64,000 nucleotides of DNA from an uncultured Bdellovibrionales bacterium. GTDB taxonomy: Bacteria > Patescibacteriota > Minisyncoccia > Moranbacterales > UBA1568. The notes beneath the pieces were generated by a model. That model was not told the DNA's origin. It made no database searches and worked only from the letters and a program-made list of their open reading frames with translations. This document shows, piece after piece, positions 9,823-20,001 of this stretch; the stretch's first letter is position 1, and each line of letters begins with the position of its first letter. The stretch lies in assembly GCA_964594215.1 (NCBI GenBank), contig CAZQLN010000001.1, forward strand, positions 103,638 to 167,637, read 5' to 3'. The translations under genes and the position numbers were made by a program.

Positions 9823-11005
9823 CTTCAATAAAGATATTTTCTATCTTTTCTGAAATAACGTCAGGGCTGAATTTCTTTGTAAAAAGAGTGACTGAGTTTC
9901 GAGAGTGTTCTTCAAAGAGAGTGTGATTTTTGAGGTATTCTTCTACGGATGTAAATACAAACTTTTCGATAGGAACGAGAGCTTGAGTTGCTTGTAAAGC
10001 AAAGAGGTGTTTATAGAAGTCTTTTGGATGATGGTATTTACCGAGCATCTGGAATGTTTTTGGGTCATAATCTTTCAAAGGATGATTGGGATAGGTAAAG
10101 CCATTATAGCCATCGATTATCATTTCTGGGGTGGCAAATTGATCAGTAGCAATAATGGGCATGCCGTGTGCTAGAGCCTCGACCAGAACAAGACCAAATC
10201 CTTCACGAAAGGTCGGCAGGGTAAAAACATGATGCTCTCTATAAAGGGCTCGCATCTCCTCCTCGTTCAAAGTAGCGTCAATGAGATTGATATTTGGAAT
10301 GTTATGCATGATTTCTAGGTCAGATGGTCGAACCATACGCAGCACAGTTACGATGGTGAGTTCTATTTGGTCAGGGTATACTTTTGTAAGATTTTGAAAA
10401 GCATGTACCAACTCTAAACCACCCTTCATATAAAAGACCCCAGCAAAGAGCAGTTTGAGCTTCTGTGGTGGAAAAATCTTTGGATTACTTGCTCGTGTAG
10501 GAACAAGAGGGTAGACGACAACACTCTTAGCCTCTAGCTTCTGGCGCACAGAAGTGGTATATGTGAGCGTACCAAAAAAGCTTTTTTGAGCAGCTTCGCT
10601 CATAAAGATTAGTTTCTTACAATTTTTGGTGAGGGCAGATAGTAAAAAGAGCCATCGTGCAATTGGGTGTTGTGCAATACGCGGGCTGTAGTTAAAGGGC
10701 GCAAGACCAGTCTCAAGATACGTGACAAATGGCTTGTTGGAAAAGAGCATACAGCCATAGGTAAATAGAAGATCGTGACTTCTTACGTACTTAAAGCGAA
10801 TATTGGGGATACCAAAGATTTGGCGAAGGGTGTTAATTTTATTCTTTTTGACACGATTAATCTCTTTTTCAAATTCAGGGAGTGTTTGATATGTATAACG
10901 AACTTTTTTAGTAGGTTTCCATTCAAATTCTACTCTTTTGAGGTTTCTTCCAAAATTAAGAATATGTTGACGTAGGTAGGGTTGAAAGAGAAGAACTTTT
11001 TTCAT
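9812..11005 (-). CDS. GT4 glycosyltransferase
   Basis: KGG; EGFGLVLVEALAHGMPIIA (ExxxxxxxE). Confidence 0.88.
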   Translation of the reverse strand: MKKVLLFQPYLRQHILNFGRNLKRVEFEWKPTKKVRYTYQTLPEFEKEINRVKKNKINTLRQIFGIPNIRFKYVRSHDLLFTYGCMLFSNKPFVTYLETGLAPFNYSPRIAQHPIARWLFLLSALTKNCKKLIFMSEAAQKSFFGTLTYTTSVRQKLEAKSVVVYPLVPTRASNPKIFPPQKLKLLFAGVFYMKGGLELVHAFQNLTKVYPDQIELTIVTVLRMVRPSDLEIMHNIPNINLIDATLNEEEMRALYREHHVFTLPTFREGFGLVLVEALAHGMPIIATDQFATPEMIIDGYNGFTYPNHPLKDYDPKTFQMLGKYHHPKDFYKHLFALQATQALVPIEKFVFTSVEEYLKNHTLFEEHSRNSVTLFTKKFSPDVISEKIENIFIEATD

Positions 11006-11009
11006 AGAG

Positions 11010-11840
11010 CTACTTTTTTCTTAATACGAGTAGGTTGGAATGTCCAGCAAAGGGAGCGAATAAATGAGAGAGCGCATAGCCAAATATTTGACTGGGGAGA
11101 GAGTGGTTGTTGTAGACTTTTTGAAGAATATTTTTCAGGGGTCCAGGCAGTTCATCTTTGAGACCCTTAAAACCTTCAAATCCTTTTTTCTTCACAAGTT
11201 CAAAGCCATTGTCTTCAAGATCTTTAATAACGAGGTTGCGATCAAGCGCAAACTGATAGAAGTTTTCTAGAGCCTGCTCTTTTTCGTTAAAGAGAGGATA
11301 GAGTTTTAGAAAGACCTTTATTTTTCGTAATAGTGACATGTGGGGAAAGGTAAGAAAAAGGTACCCTCCCGATCGAATAACGCGACTCATTTCAGTAAGT
11401 ATGGATTCATAGCCTTCGTAGAAGTGTTCTATGACACCAAGAGACCAATAACCATCATAAAATGCATCGGGGCAATCGATATGACGAACGTCACCGTATG
11501 TGATGTGTAGTTCTGGAAGAAGGGAGTTGATCTTAGTGACTGTTTCACTAGCAAAATCGATACCATGAGCATTATATCCACGTGACTGAAGTGAGTGGAC
11601 AAACTGACCCTTACCACAGCCACCTTCTAAAATTTTTGATCCGAGAGGGAGATACTTTTTTGTGGTTGGAAAAATGAAGCGTTCTGTAGCTCCTCTAAGA
11701 ATAGTAGTTTTGAGTTTTTCATCTTGCCACTGAGTATCCCAGAATTCAGGTGTAGCTTTCTTCTCTATATAGACGAGACGATTTCTTTTTCGATCAAAAA
11801 AACGCATAGTAGTGAATGTTTTTAGTATATTACGAGTCAC
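11010..11840 (-). CDS. Class I SAM-dependent methyltransferase
   Basis: ILEGGCGKG; YDGYWSLGVIEHF; RVIRSGG. Confidence 0.88.
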   Translation of the reverse strand: MTRNILKTFTTMRFFDRKRNRLVYIEKKATPEFWDTQWQDEKLKTTILRGATERFIFPTTKKYLPLGSKILEGGCGKGQFVHSLQSRGYNAHGIDFASETVTKINSLLPELHITYGDVRHIDCPDAFYDGYWSLGVIEHFYEGYESILTEMSRVIRSGGYLFLTFPHMSLLRKIKVFLKLYPLFNEKEQALENFYQFALDRNLVIKDLEDNGFELVKKKGFEGFKGLKDELPGPLKNILQKVYNNHSLPSQIFGYALSHLFAPFAGHSNLLVLRKK

Positions 11841-12880
11841 TCTGGTTTAGATTTTCTTGAGTGAGCATCGTTTGGTAGGGAAAGTTTCTTAAAGAGAGCT
11901 TCATACTGGTCGAGCATTTTTCCAAGAGAAAACTTCTGCAAGGCTTTTAAGCGAGCTTGTTCAGAAAAAAGAGCCTGCTGTTTTGTGATCCTCTTAAGGT
12001 TCCTGACAAACAACAGAGTATCGTAAGTGCGTTTTTGCCAAAATCCATTACCCTCAGATGGTAAGAGGAGTCCTTCTAGGCCATCTTCTACTAATTCTGG
12101 CATTGCCCCATCTGCTATTCCACAGATAGGTAGGCCACAGGCAAGTGCCTCAATGATGTTATTGGGGCAGGGTGGGTTCAAATGGCTGAATAAAAATACA
12201 TCCACTCCTCTTTCATACTCAGGGAGGGACGTATTCTCTATTTTACCAAGAAAATATATCCACGGATACTCCTGTAGCTTTGTTTCAAATCCCTTCAACT
12301 CTCGAATGAAATGACCAGCTACCAGTAACTTGAAGCTACCGGGACGGCTGGCTTCCAGCAGGGTCAGGGCTTTGAGGAGGGGGAGAATCTGATCTCTTCT
12401 CCGAAACTCAGAAGCAGTAAAAAAAAGAGCTTGCTCAGGGAAGTCACGGAGTTTTTGAGAAGATCCTTCTGGTGAAAAAAGATTTGTATCAACCCCATTG
12501 TAAATTATAGAATACTGATCGTGGTATCTCTTTCCTAAAAATCTATCCGCACAGTATTTACTGTAGATACTTTGGTAGACGGTATAGTCGGTAAAAAGAT
12601 GGCGGATAAGAGTTGCTTTAAGATTAAGTAGAGGGAATTTCCAACTAGAAACTGACCAATAGTAGACTCCGTCAAGTCTTTGGACGATAGGAATTTTACG
12701 TCTCTTAGCTTTAAGGATGTACCTAAAAGGTGCCTGAACGATGAGAAAAAGAATATCGTAGTCAGGTGTTTCCTGAAAAGTAACTTCATGACCTCTCTTT
12801 TCTAAACCAAGTTTAAATTTATTCACAAAACTTGAGGGACCACCGATATCTTTTACCTCAAATGGGATAAATATTTTCAT
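11837..12880 (-). CDS. GT4 glycosyltransferase
   Basis: GGPSSF, IIYNGVDTNLF, PCPNNIIEALACGLP; start set at MKIFIPF. Confidence 0.85.
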   Translation of the reverse strand: MKIFIPFEVKDIGGPSSFVNKFKLGLEKRGHEVTFQETPDYDILFLIVQAPFRYILKAKRRKIPIVQRLDGVYYWSVSSWKFPLLNLKATLIRHLFTDYTVYQSIYSKYCADRFLGKRYHDQYSIIYNGVDTNLFSPEGSSQKLRDFPEQALFFTASEFRRRDQILPLLKALTLLEASRPGSFKLLVAGHFIRELKGFETKLQEYPWIYFLGKIENTSLPEYERGVDVFLFSHLNPPCPNNIIEALACGLPICGIADGAMPELVEDGLEGLLLPSEGNGFWQKRTYDTLLFVRNLKRITKQQALFSEQARLKALQKFSLGKMLDQYEALFKKLSLPNDAHSRKSKPE

Positions 12881-13674
12881 AAGAAGAGATTTCTTTTCAG
12901 GCTCCTGAGCCAAGTAGGAGTAAGAGCAACTAAAAGGGGTTCGAGAATGAAGCGGTATTCGAGAAGAGATCTTCGGTATAACCTAAGGTATTTGAGTTGT
13001 GTTTTGACACATTGAAGCATCTGCTCGCGTTGTTTCTGAGAAGAAAGAGTGTTCATGGCATTACGATGACAGAGAAATGCCGGAAGGTTGGCAAAATGAG
13101 TTTTTGGTAGAAGGCGAAGCCAGAGGTCATAGTCTTGACCATAGCGTACGTTACTATCATAACCACCAAGAGCTTTGACAAGTTCGGTACGGAAGAGTAC
13201 AGCACTGTGAGCAAAGGGATTCCTCTTGAAGATAGATTTTTTGATGATGGTATCGGTTTCGGGGAGGGTGACGGGTATTTCTTTGGTTGTAAAATGATTG
13301 ATATAGTTGGTACCTACCATACCGTGATTTGGATGTGTTTCAAGAAAAGAAAGTTGTTGGGTAAGTTTGGAAGGCTCCCACCAGTCATCACTATCGATAC
13401 GAGCTGTGTACGGACTGGTAATAGACTGAAGTCCCAGGTTTAGGGATCGAGTAAGGCCAAGGTTTGTTTCATTTTCTATGAGGAGCAAGCGCTCACCAAA
13501 GAATTGACGCCACTTCTGGATGATTTGTGATGAGGTATCTGTAGAGGCATCATTGATGCAAACGATACTGAAATCCTGAAAACTTTGGTCAGCGATACTC
13601 TGAAAACACCTAGCAAGGGTTTTTTCATCATTGAAAACAGAAATCAAGATAGAGAGGCGAGGTGATGGATTCAT
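12877..13674 (-). CDS. GT2 glycosyltransferase
   Basis: LSILISVFND, INDASTD, NLGLTRSLN, ARIDSDD, QDYDLWLR. Confidence 0.9.
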   Translation of the reverse strand: MNPSPRLSILISVFNDEKTLARCFQSIADQSFQDFSIVCINDASTDTSSQIIQKWRQFFGERLLLIENETNLGLTRSLNLGLQSITSPYTARIDSDDWWEPSKLTQQLSFLETHPNHGMVGTNYINHFTTKEIPVTLPETDTIIKKSIFKRNPFAHSAVLFRTELVKALGGYDSNVRYGQDYDLWLRLLPKTHFANLPAFLCHRNAMNTLSSQKQREQMLQCVKTQLKYLRLYRRSLLEYRFILEPLLVALTPTWLRSLKRNLFL

Positions 13675-14789
13675 ATTTTTTGAGCACTTCTCTTGTAAAA
13701 CGCTATCCACTGAGAGGTAACGCGGGGGAGTGAGTAGGTTGTTTCCATTAAGTTGAGGGCGTTGTTACCCATAAGTGCTCTCTCCTCTGGATTTTGAAAA
13801 AGGCTTTCTATAGCCTGATTTAGAGCCTTGGCATCCTTGGTGGGACAGAGAAGTCCAGTTTTTTGATCAGTAATGAGTTCTCTATTTTCGGGAATATCTG
13901 TTGTGATGACTGGGAGACCAGAGGCCATCGCTTCCATGATAGCATTGCTCATACCCTCAAAAAAAGTAGGCAATACAAAAATACTTGAGATACGGAGGAG
14001 TTGCGGAACGTCTGGTCTTTGACCAAGAAAGAAAATGTTATCTCTGGATAGGTAGGATGCTACTTGTTTCTGAAGATTTTCCTTTTCTTGTCCTTCGCCC
14101 ACGAGAAGTAATTTCCCATTTTTGTTTTTTTGGAAAAAGCTTTCAAAAGCACTCAGTAAATACGTGTGCCCCTTGTTGATGTGAAGGTTAGCAACACAAA
14201 TGATGACAAAGTCTTTATCGATTATGCCGAGACTATTTCTAAGTTCTTGTGAAGGTTCTAAAGAAGTAAACATCTCTAAATCCATAGCACAGGGTAGGAC
14301 AGTTATTTTTTTTTCAGCAACACCAAATCTTTCCACATAAGCCTGTTTCACTGACTGCGCATTGGCGATGTAGCCATCACAAAGATATCGAGTAGTCTTT
14401 TCAAAGAGACGAGGAAACCAATACGTATCAAAATTATAGGTAGTGACCAATGAAGAAATGGTATGACAAGGGAGTACCCACTGAATAATAAGGCGACCTA
14501 TGACATCAGCATGAAAAAGGTGTGTGATGAGTAGGTCAGGATGTAAAGACTTTATTTTTTTAGCAAGTTGTATATAAGAAATTGGATTGTAGTAATGTTT
14601 CTGATCTAAAGCAAGTACCTGGATACCTTTTTTCCGAAACTCTGCTGCGAGAGAACCCTCCTTTTCAATGGTAACAATAATATTTTCAACCTCCTCATTA
14701 ATCTTAGGGAGCATTCTCAACAAAGCCATTTCACAGCCTCCAACTTCTAGAGTTCTAATAAGTTGAACAACCCTTCTCTTAGAATTCAT
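13671..14789 (-). CDS. GT4 glycosyltransferase
   Basis: LEVGGCE, KGH, EGMSNAIMEAMASGLPVI. Confidence 0.9.
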   Translation of the reverse strand: MNSKRRVVQLIRTLEVGGCEMALLRMLPKINEEVENIIVTIEKEGSLAAEFRKKGIQVLALDQKHYYNPISYIQLAKKIKSLHPDLLITHLFHADVIGRLIIQWVLPCHTISSLVTTYNFDTYWFPRLFEKTTRYLCDGYIANAQSVKQAYVERFGVAEKKITVLPCAMDLEMFTSLEPSQELRNSLGIIDKDFVIICVANLHINKGHTYLLSAFESFFQKNKNGKLLLVGEGQEKENLQKQVASYLSRDNIFFLGQRPDVPQLLRISSIFVLPTFFEGMSNAIMEAMASGLPVITTDIPENRELITDQKTGLLCPTKDAKALNQAIESLFQNPEERALMGNNALNLMETTYSLPRVTSQWIAFYKRSAQKI

Positions 14790-15873
14790 AGATGCCCGTA
14801 CAAGTGATGCCAGCTTCTGGATGTTCAAAAGCTTCAATACTTTGTAGTTTAGCTGAATCAAACCATTCGCAGATCTCCTCTACGTAGTAGTAGTTGCTTT
14901 TAGGTGTTGCTAATACGTCAAAGGCATCGTTAAGTTTCATATTAAAAGGGAAATTGGCGTAGTAAGAGAAAGGTACTTTCTTAGCTAATTTCTTGAAGCC
15001 ATACCAATTGAGAATATGAGTGAGCATATTGATGATATGAATAGCTAGTCCTGGAATATAGCAAAGCTTGTAGAGGAGTGGTTTAGGGAGGTTTTTGAGA
15101 AGGTCACGGAGTGGTTCATAAAAATACAAAGCTCGCGTGTTATTGCGACGATTGTAGACCCAGATAAGCATGCGACCACCTTTCTTGAGTACAGGAGGAA
15201 GCTTAGTAAAGCCATCTTTAGGTTTTGGGAGATGATGAAGGACACCAATAGAGTAGGCTATATCAAACTTACCAGTAAATGGCATAGCATAGATATCTGC
15301 CTGGACAATACAGACATTCGGGAGATGATGAGTCATCTTATAAGCCACCTCGACACTTTCGCCAAGATCAGTCCCAAAGGATACCGTGGTACCAGAAAGC
15401 GCAGCCCATTTGGTGAAACGTCCTGATCCACAGCCAATATCAAGAGTAAATTTTCCTTCGAGATCTGATTCTTTAATATAGGGACTTAAGAAGTGTAAGA
15501 AATTCTGTTTCTCGTAATCATTTTCTTTGTAGATATACTTCCACTCATAAGCAAAGCTTTCAGCAGTTTTCTTTTGATGAGTGATAAAAGCATCAAAGTC
15601 CTTGATACGATCTAGGCTTTCTTGCCATTCTTTTTGAACATCTTGAGGTAGAAGATCTTTGTATTCGTGGAAAAACTCATAACGAGTTTGTAGGAGATTT
15701 TCACGTAGTTCAGCTACCATGATGCGAGGAATACCAGAAATGATGGGATACCAAGTAGTGTTACTTTTGAGAATACCCGCTTCGATATGTTGAGTATCCT
15801 CTTTGAGTACCTGTAACTCAAAAGAAGTGCCAGAAAGTGGGTCAGAAAGATAGGGGAGATGATTTTTTCGCAT
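14779..15873 (-). CDS. Trm112-like domain fused to class I SAM methyltransferase
   Basis: N-terminal YLSDP...WYPIISGIPRI (Trm112/YcaR-like); LDIGCGSGR; FDIAYSIGVLHHLP. Confidence 0.8.
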   Translation of the reverse strand: MRKNHLPYLSDPLSGTSFELQVLKEDTQHIEAGILKSNTTWYPIISGIPRIMVAELRENLLQTRYEFFHEYKDLLPQDVQKEWQESLDRIKDFDAFITHQKKTAESFAYEWKYIYKENDYEKQNFLHFLSPYIKESDLEGKFTLDIGCGSGRFTKWAALSGTTVSFGTDLGESVEVAYKMTHHLPNVCIVQADIYAMPFTGKFDIAYSIGVLHHLPKPKDGFTKLPPVLKKGGRMLIWVYNRRNNTRALYFYEPLRDLLKNLPKPLLYKLCYIPGLAIHIINMLTHILNWYGFKKLAKKVPFSYYANFPFNMKLNDAFDVLATPKSNYYYVEEICEWFDSAKLQSIEAFEHPEAGITCTGIYEF

Positions 15874-15941
15874 AGTACAAATTAAGGAAAACAAAAATTA
15901 TGGCTTAGATTAAGTCTTTTATATAGTATAACACAGGTCTT

Positions 15942-17828
15942 TTAGTCGAAGTATGCTTCAAACCAAAGCTCGAGAGTGAGGAGTGCCCAAATTCGTGGGG
16001 CGTGGTTGATACTGGTTTGGCAATGTTCATCAAGGAGGGCTCGCACAGAAGCTTCACGAAAGAGATTACGCGAGAGAGCTTTTGATGAAAGGAGTTTTTG
16101 GTACATGTAGTCTCGTAGTTCAGTCCGAAACCATTGGTCTATAGGTACACCAAAACCCATTTTTGGACGAAACATGACCTCGTCTGGGATGAGACCACGT
16201 AAGGCTTCTTTGAGGATATACTTCTTATCATTGATACCTTTCAATTTCAGACTAAAAGGTATTTTGGCAGTCAGTTCGAGAAACTCATGGTCAAGAAATG
16301 GCGAACGACCTTCAAGCGACACCGCCATAGTAGCAATGTCAACCTTGGCCAGAAGGTCATCGGGTAAGTACGTGACGAAATCAGCATAGACAGCTTGCTC
16401 GGCCTTGTGGGTACTTCCGCTTTGGGTAAATGTCTTGGCTATAAGGTTATGGGTATTTGGGAGTAGTTTAGATTTGAAGTCTTCTGTATACAGAGCCTCT
16501 TTCTGTTTAGTGGTAAAATACGAGGTGAAGAGCATGTAGCGCGCACGATAGTCTTCATCAAGACTCTCGATAAAGCGACACATTCTTTCTAGTAGATTTG
16601 TCTTGAATACTAAGTAGAGGAGCTTGCAAGGAGGCTTTATGAAAAGCTTAATAAGAGGAGAAAAAAATGTAGCCAGAATGGAAATCTGAAAAGCGCTATA
16701 ACGACTATATCCCGCGAAGTTTTCGTCACCACCATCACCATTGAGAGCCACTGTTACATGTTCTCGAGTCAGTTTGCTCACGAGGTAGGTAGGAAGAGCA
16801 CTAGAGTCTGCAAAAGGTTCTTCATACTGACGTACCAATAGAGGGAGGAGTTCAATAGCATCAGGTTTGACAATAAACTCAGTATGATGAGTTTTGAATT
16901 TCTCAGCTACCATGCGGGCGTAGGGGAGTTCATTATAGGCATCTTCTTTGAAACCAATCGAAAAAGTTTTAATAGGAGAAGGAGAATTCTTAGTCATGAA
17001 CGCCACAACTGCACTGGAATCAATGCCACCAGAGAGAAAAGCACCGAGAGGAACATCAGAAATCATTCGCAGACGGACGGACTCATCGAGTTTCTCGAGA
17101 ATTTTTTGCTTCCAAGACTTTTTGCTTAGGTTCCACTTGGTACCGTAATCGAGTTTCCAGTAGCGCTTCTTCTCTATTTCGCGAGTCTTCAGGTTAATAA
17201 AGAGAGAGTGAGCAGGTTCTAACTTTTTGATGTTCTTAAATCCAGTCAGAGGAGCAGGGACATATTGAAGGGTGAGGTAGTGATGGATAGCCTCATAGTC
17301 AGGGGCACGCTCGTATTCTGGTTGAGTTAGGAGAGCTTTGAGCTCTGATCCAAAAAGAAAGACTTTGTCATCGAGATAGTATTTGAAAGGTTTTTTGCCT
17401 ACTCGGTCCCGAGCACAAAAAAGAGTGTGTTCCTGCTCATCATAAATGGCAAGTGCGAACATGCCACGCAAATGCTCTACACAATCTTTGCCATACTCGG
17501 CATAGAGAGCGAGAATAACCTCAGTATCTGATTGGGATATAAAGGTATGACCCTTTTGGATAAGTTCTTCTTTTTTCTCTTGAAAATTATAGATTTCGCC
17601 ATTGAAAACAATCTCATAACGATTGAGATAACGCATGGGTTGTCGTCCAAGAGGAGAAAGATCAATAATAGCGAGACGCTGATGACCAAGACCTATGGTT
17701 TGATCTGGTGATATATAGATGCCAGTTGCATCAGGGCCACGATGCTCTATAGCTTCACTCATTTGAGCTATTTCTCTCTCTGAGATAGCTCTGTTCTCAA
17801 AAGTGATTTTACCAACGATACCACACAT
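15942..17828 (-). CDS. asnB: Asparagine synthase (glutamine-hydrolysing) family amidotransferase, probably glycan-amidating
   Basis: MCGI start, HRGPD, RLAIID, FNGEIYN, SDTEV, LSGGIDSS, GDGGDE, R-PFLD, KMGF. Confidence 0.93.
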   Translation of the reverse strand: MCGIVGKITFENRAISEREIAQMSEAIEHRGPDATGIYISPDQTIGLGHQRLAIIDLSPLGRQPMRYLNRYEIVFNGEIYNFQEKKEELIQKGHTFISQSDTEVILALYAEYGKDCVEHLRGMFALAIYDEQEHTLFCARDRVGKKPFKYYLDDKVFLFGSELKALLTQPEYERAPDYEAIHHYLTLQYVPAPLTGFKNIKKLEPAHSLFINLKTREIEKKRYWKLDYGTKWNLSKKSWKQKILEKLDESVRLRMISDVPLGAFLSGGIDSSAVVAFMTKNSPSPIKTFSIGFKEDAYNELPYARMVAEKFKTHHTEFIVKPDAIELLPLLVRQYEEPFADSSALPTYLVSKLTREHVTVALNGDGGDENFAGYSRYSAFQISILATFFSPLIKLFIKPPCKLLYLVFKTNLLERMCRFIESLDEDYRARYMLFTSYFTTKQKEALYTEDFKSKLLPNTHNLIAKTFTQSGSTHKAEQAVYADFVTYLPDDLLAKVDIATMAVSLEGRSPFLDHEFLELTAKIPFSLKLKGINDKKYILKEALRGLIPDEVMFRPKMGFGVPIDQWFRTELRDYMYQKLLSSKALSRNLFREASVRALLDEHCQTSINHAPRIWALLTLELWFEAYFD

Positions 17829-17911
17829 AAGAATCCCTTAAAAAAGCCTTAGTTACTTGTCTATAATAGCTTATCCAGGCTATACTGACAAAAATTAGCT
17901 AACTCTAGCCT

Positions 17912-18850
17912 ATGGAAAGTATTACCTGTAAGGTCTGCGAGAAAGAAAACTGGATCCCGGTACTCGAGAGTAGGGATTTTCTCCATGACCTCCCAGGAAA
18001 ATTCACCGTTGCTCGTTGTAGCAATTGCGGTTTCATGGCGACCAACCCACGTCCTGATGCCACTGAAATTTTGAGTTATTATCCAGAAGAGTATGCCCCG
18101 TATCAGTTGAATACCTGGAGAGTGGAAAAAATGGTGCGGTACCGGCAGAAACATCCTAAACTTTTTCGCCTGGTAGATCCCAATATTTTTTGGATAGTTC
18201 GCAAAGGAGAGAAAAATCTTAACGTGTTAGAAATTGGTTGTGGAGCAGGAAATTTCCTGTATGAACTGAGGCTACGTTTCCCAGATTGGAAACTTACAGG
18301 AGTTGATTTCAGTGTGAGCTCGATTAAGAAACTGCACGAAGAAAAAATTAAGGCCTATGTTTCAGATTTACAACAACTACGCGAAGAGAGTGGATCTCAA
18401 GATGTAGTTTATGGTTTTATGATTATTGAACACCTTCACTATCTTGAGAAGACTCTGGGAGAAGTCAAGCGAGTTCTTAAAGATGATGGTCAATTTATCA
18501 TAGCAGTGCCAAATATAAAAAGTTTTGCGTTCACGTTATTTGGGAAATACGCTAATTTTCTCCATCTTCCAGCTCACCTCTATCATTTTTCTGAAGCGAG
18601 CCTGACAAAAATAATGAATCAGAACGGTTTTGTAGTCGAAGAAGTTATCTATCACCGGACACTTCAAGATAGCGCTATAAGTCTGAGCTATGGTATTCAA
18701 GAAAGTCATCTGCCGGAGAGTCTGAAGAAAATTCTTCTGAGCATCTTTCGTTGGCGTACACTCTATCATTTTTTGACTTTACCGCTGGCCTATATTCAGG
18801 CTTGGACAAAACAATCACCAGGTATGACTGTTATCTTACGAAAAACTTAA
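17912..18850 (+). CDS. Class I SAM-dependent methyltransferase with N-terminal Zn-ribbon
   Basis: CKVC...CSNC TNPRP; LEIGCGAG; IEHL; PAHLYHFS. Confidence 0.88.
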   Translation: MESITCKVCEKENWIPVLESRDFLHDLPGKFTVARCSNCGFMATNPRPDATEILSYYPEEYAPYQLNTWRVEKMVRYRQKHPKLFRLVDPNIFWIVRKGEKNLNVLEIGCGAGNFLYELRLRFPDWKLTGVDFSVSSIKKLHEEKIKAYVSDLQQLREESGSQDVVYGFMIIEHLHYLEKTLGEVKRVLKDDGQFIIAVPNIKSFAFTLFGKYANFLHLPAHLYHFSEASLTKIMNQNGFVVEEVIYHRTLQDSAISLSYGIQESHLPESLKKILLSIFRWRTLYHFLTLPLAYIQAWTKQSPGMTVILRKT

Positions 18851-19998
18851 GAGAGTATTTTTGCAAAAAGTGTCTGATAAGAATCAATAGCTTTCTCCCA
18901 TACGAAAAGACCAGAGACTCTTTTTTCAGCATTCTGACCATAGCTCTCCAAGAGCGATTTCTTGGCCTGGAGTTTAAGAAGAGCATCTTTGAGAGATACT
19001 ACATCTCTAGGCTGAACCAAAATGCCATCGTCTATACCGGTAATTATTTCATCGGTACCGCCAACATTAGTAGCTATGATAGCTTTTTTGAGAAGAGCTG
19101 CCTCTATGACTGAAGTAGGGATACCTTCGGTGTAACTCGGGTTAACAAAAATATCCCATGTTTTGAGATGTCCCATAGCAATGGGGAGTGGCAAAGCGCC
19201 GAGAAATGTTACATATGGCGTGAGTTTTAAGGCAGAAACTTTTATTTCTAGATTTTTTCTTTCTGGTCCATCACCAATAATGATAAGATGAGATGCTTGA
19301 TAATTACTAGAAGCAAAAGCTTGGATGAGATCCTTCACTCCTTTGCCTTCTATGAGTCTACCAATGTAACCAATGAGGATTTTATGGGGATGTCGTTCTC
19401 GTATATCCAAGATAGGCAGCGCATTTTGAATGAGCTCTTTTTCTATACCACGATAAATAATATGACAATCGGTGCGACCCGAGAGTTTTTGGACAAATTG
19501 CTGAGAAGCTTGAGAATTAGCAATAAGCACCTTGGCTTGACGTAAAACAAAGCGCCCGAAAGTATAATCGTACCATTGGCTGAGTATATTTTTGTAAAGA
19601 TTTTCAAATTGAGCAAAATCAGAGCCATGTTCTATGTGAACCCAAGGAAGATTTTTCTTCCAAGCTAAGTAGCCTGCCATAAGAGAGGGAAAGAAAAAGC
19701 GAGTACGAGAAATAATAATCTCAGGAGAACTCTGTTTGATTTTTTTCCACAGAATCCAGAAACTTTTTTCCCAGAAAGCGGGAATGGGATAGTTGTGAAT
19801 GAGCTCTATGGCCGGGAAACGAATGATGGATACATTCTTATGGAGAGTTTCTTCGAGAGAAGATTCGAGAGGAAAGTGTGGTGTAAAAACAGTAATAGCA
19901 ACATCACGCTTCGAAAAGTGCTTATTGAATTCATCGCTATGTGTTTCTAGGCCTCCACGGTGTGGCGGATAATAGGGGGAAAAAATAAGGAGTTTCAT
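18847..19998 (-). CDS. GT4 glycosyltransferase
   Basis: YYPPHRGGLE, GRLIEGKG, EGIPTSVIEA. Confidence 0.9.
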   Translation of the reverse strand: MKLLIFSPYYPPHRGGLETHSDEFNKHFSKRDVAITVFTPHFPLESSLEETLHKNVSIIRFPAIELIHNYPIPAFWEKSFWILWKKIKQSSPEIIISRTRFFFPSLMAGYLAWKKNLPWVHIEHGSDFAQFENLYKNILSQWYDYTFGRFVLRQAKVLIANSQASQQFVQKLSGRTDCHIIYRGIEKELIQNALPILDIRERHPHKILIGYIGRLIEGKGVKDLIQAFASSNYQASHLIIIGDGPERKNLEIKVSALKLTPYVTFLGALPLPIAMGHLKTWDIFVNPSYTEGIPTSVIEAALLKKAIIATNVGGTDEIITGIDDGILVQPRDVVSLKDALLKLQAKKSLLESYGQNAEKRVSGLFVWEKAIDSYQTLFAKILS

Positions 19999-20001
19999 AG
20001 A

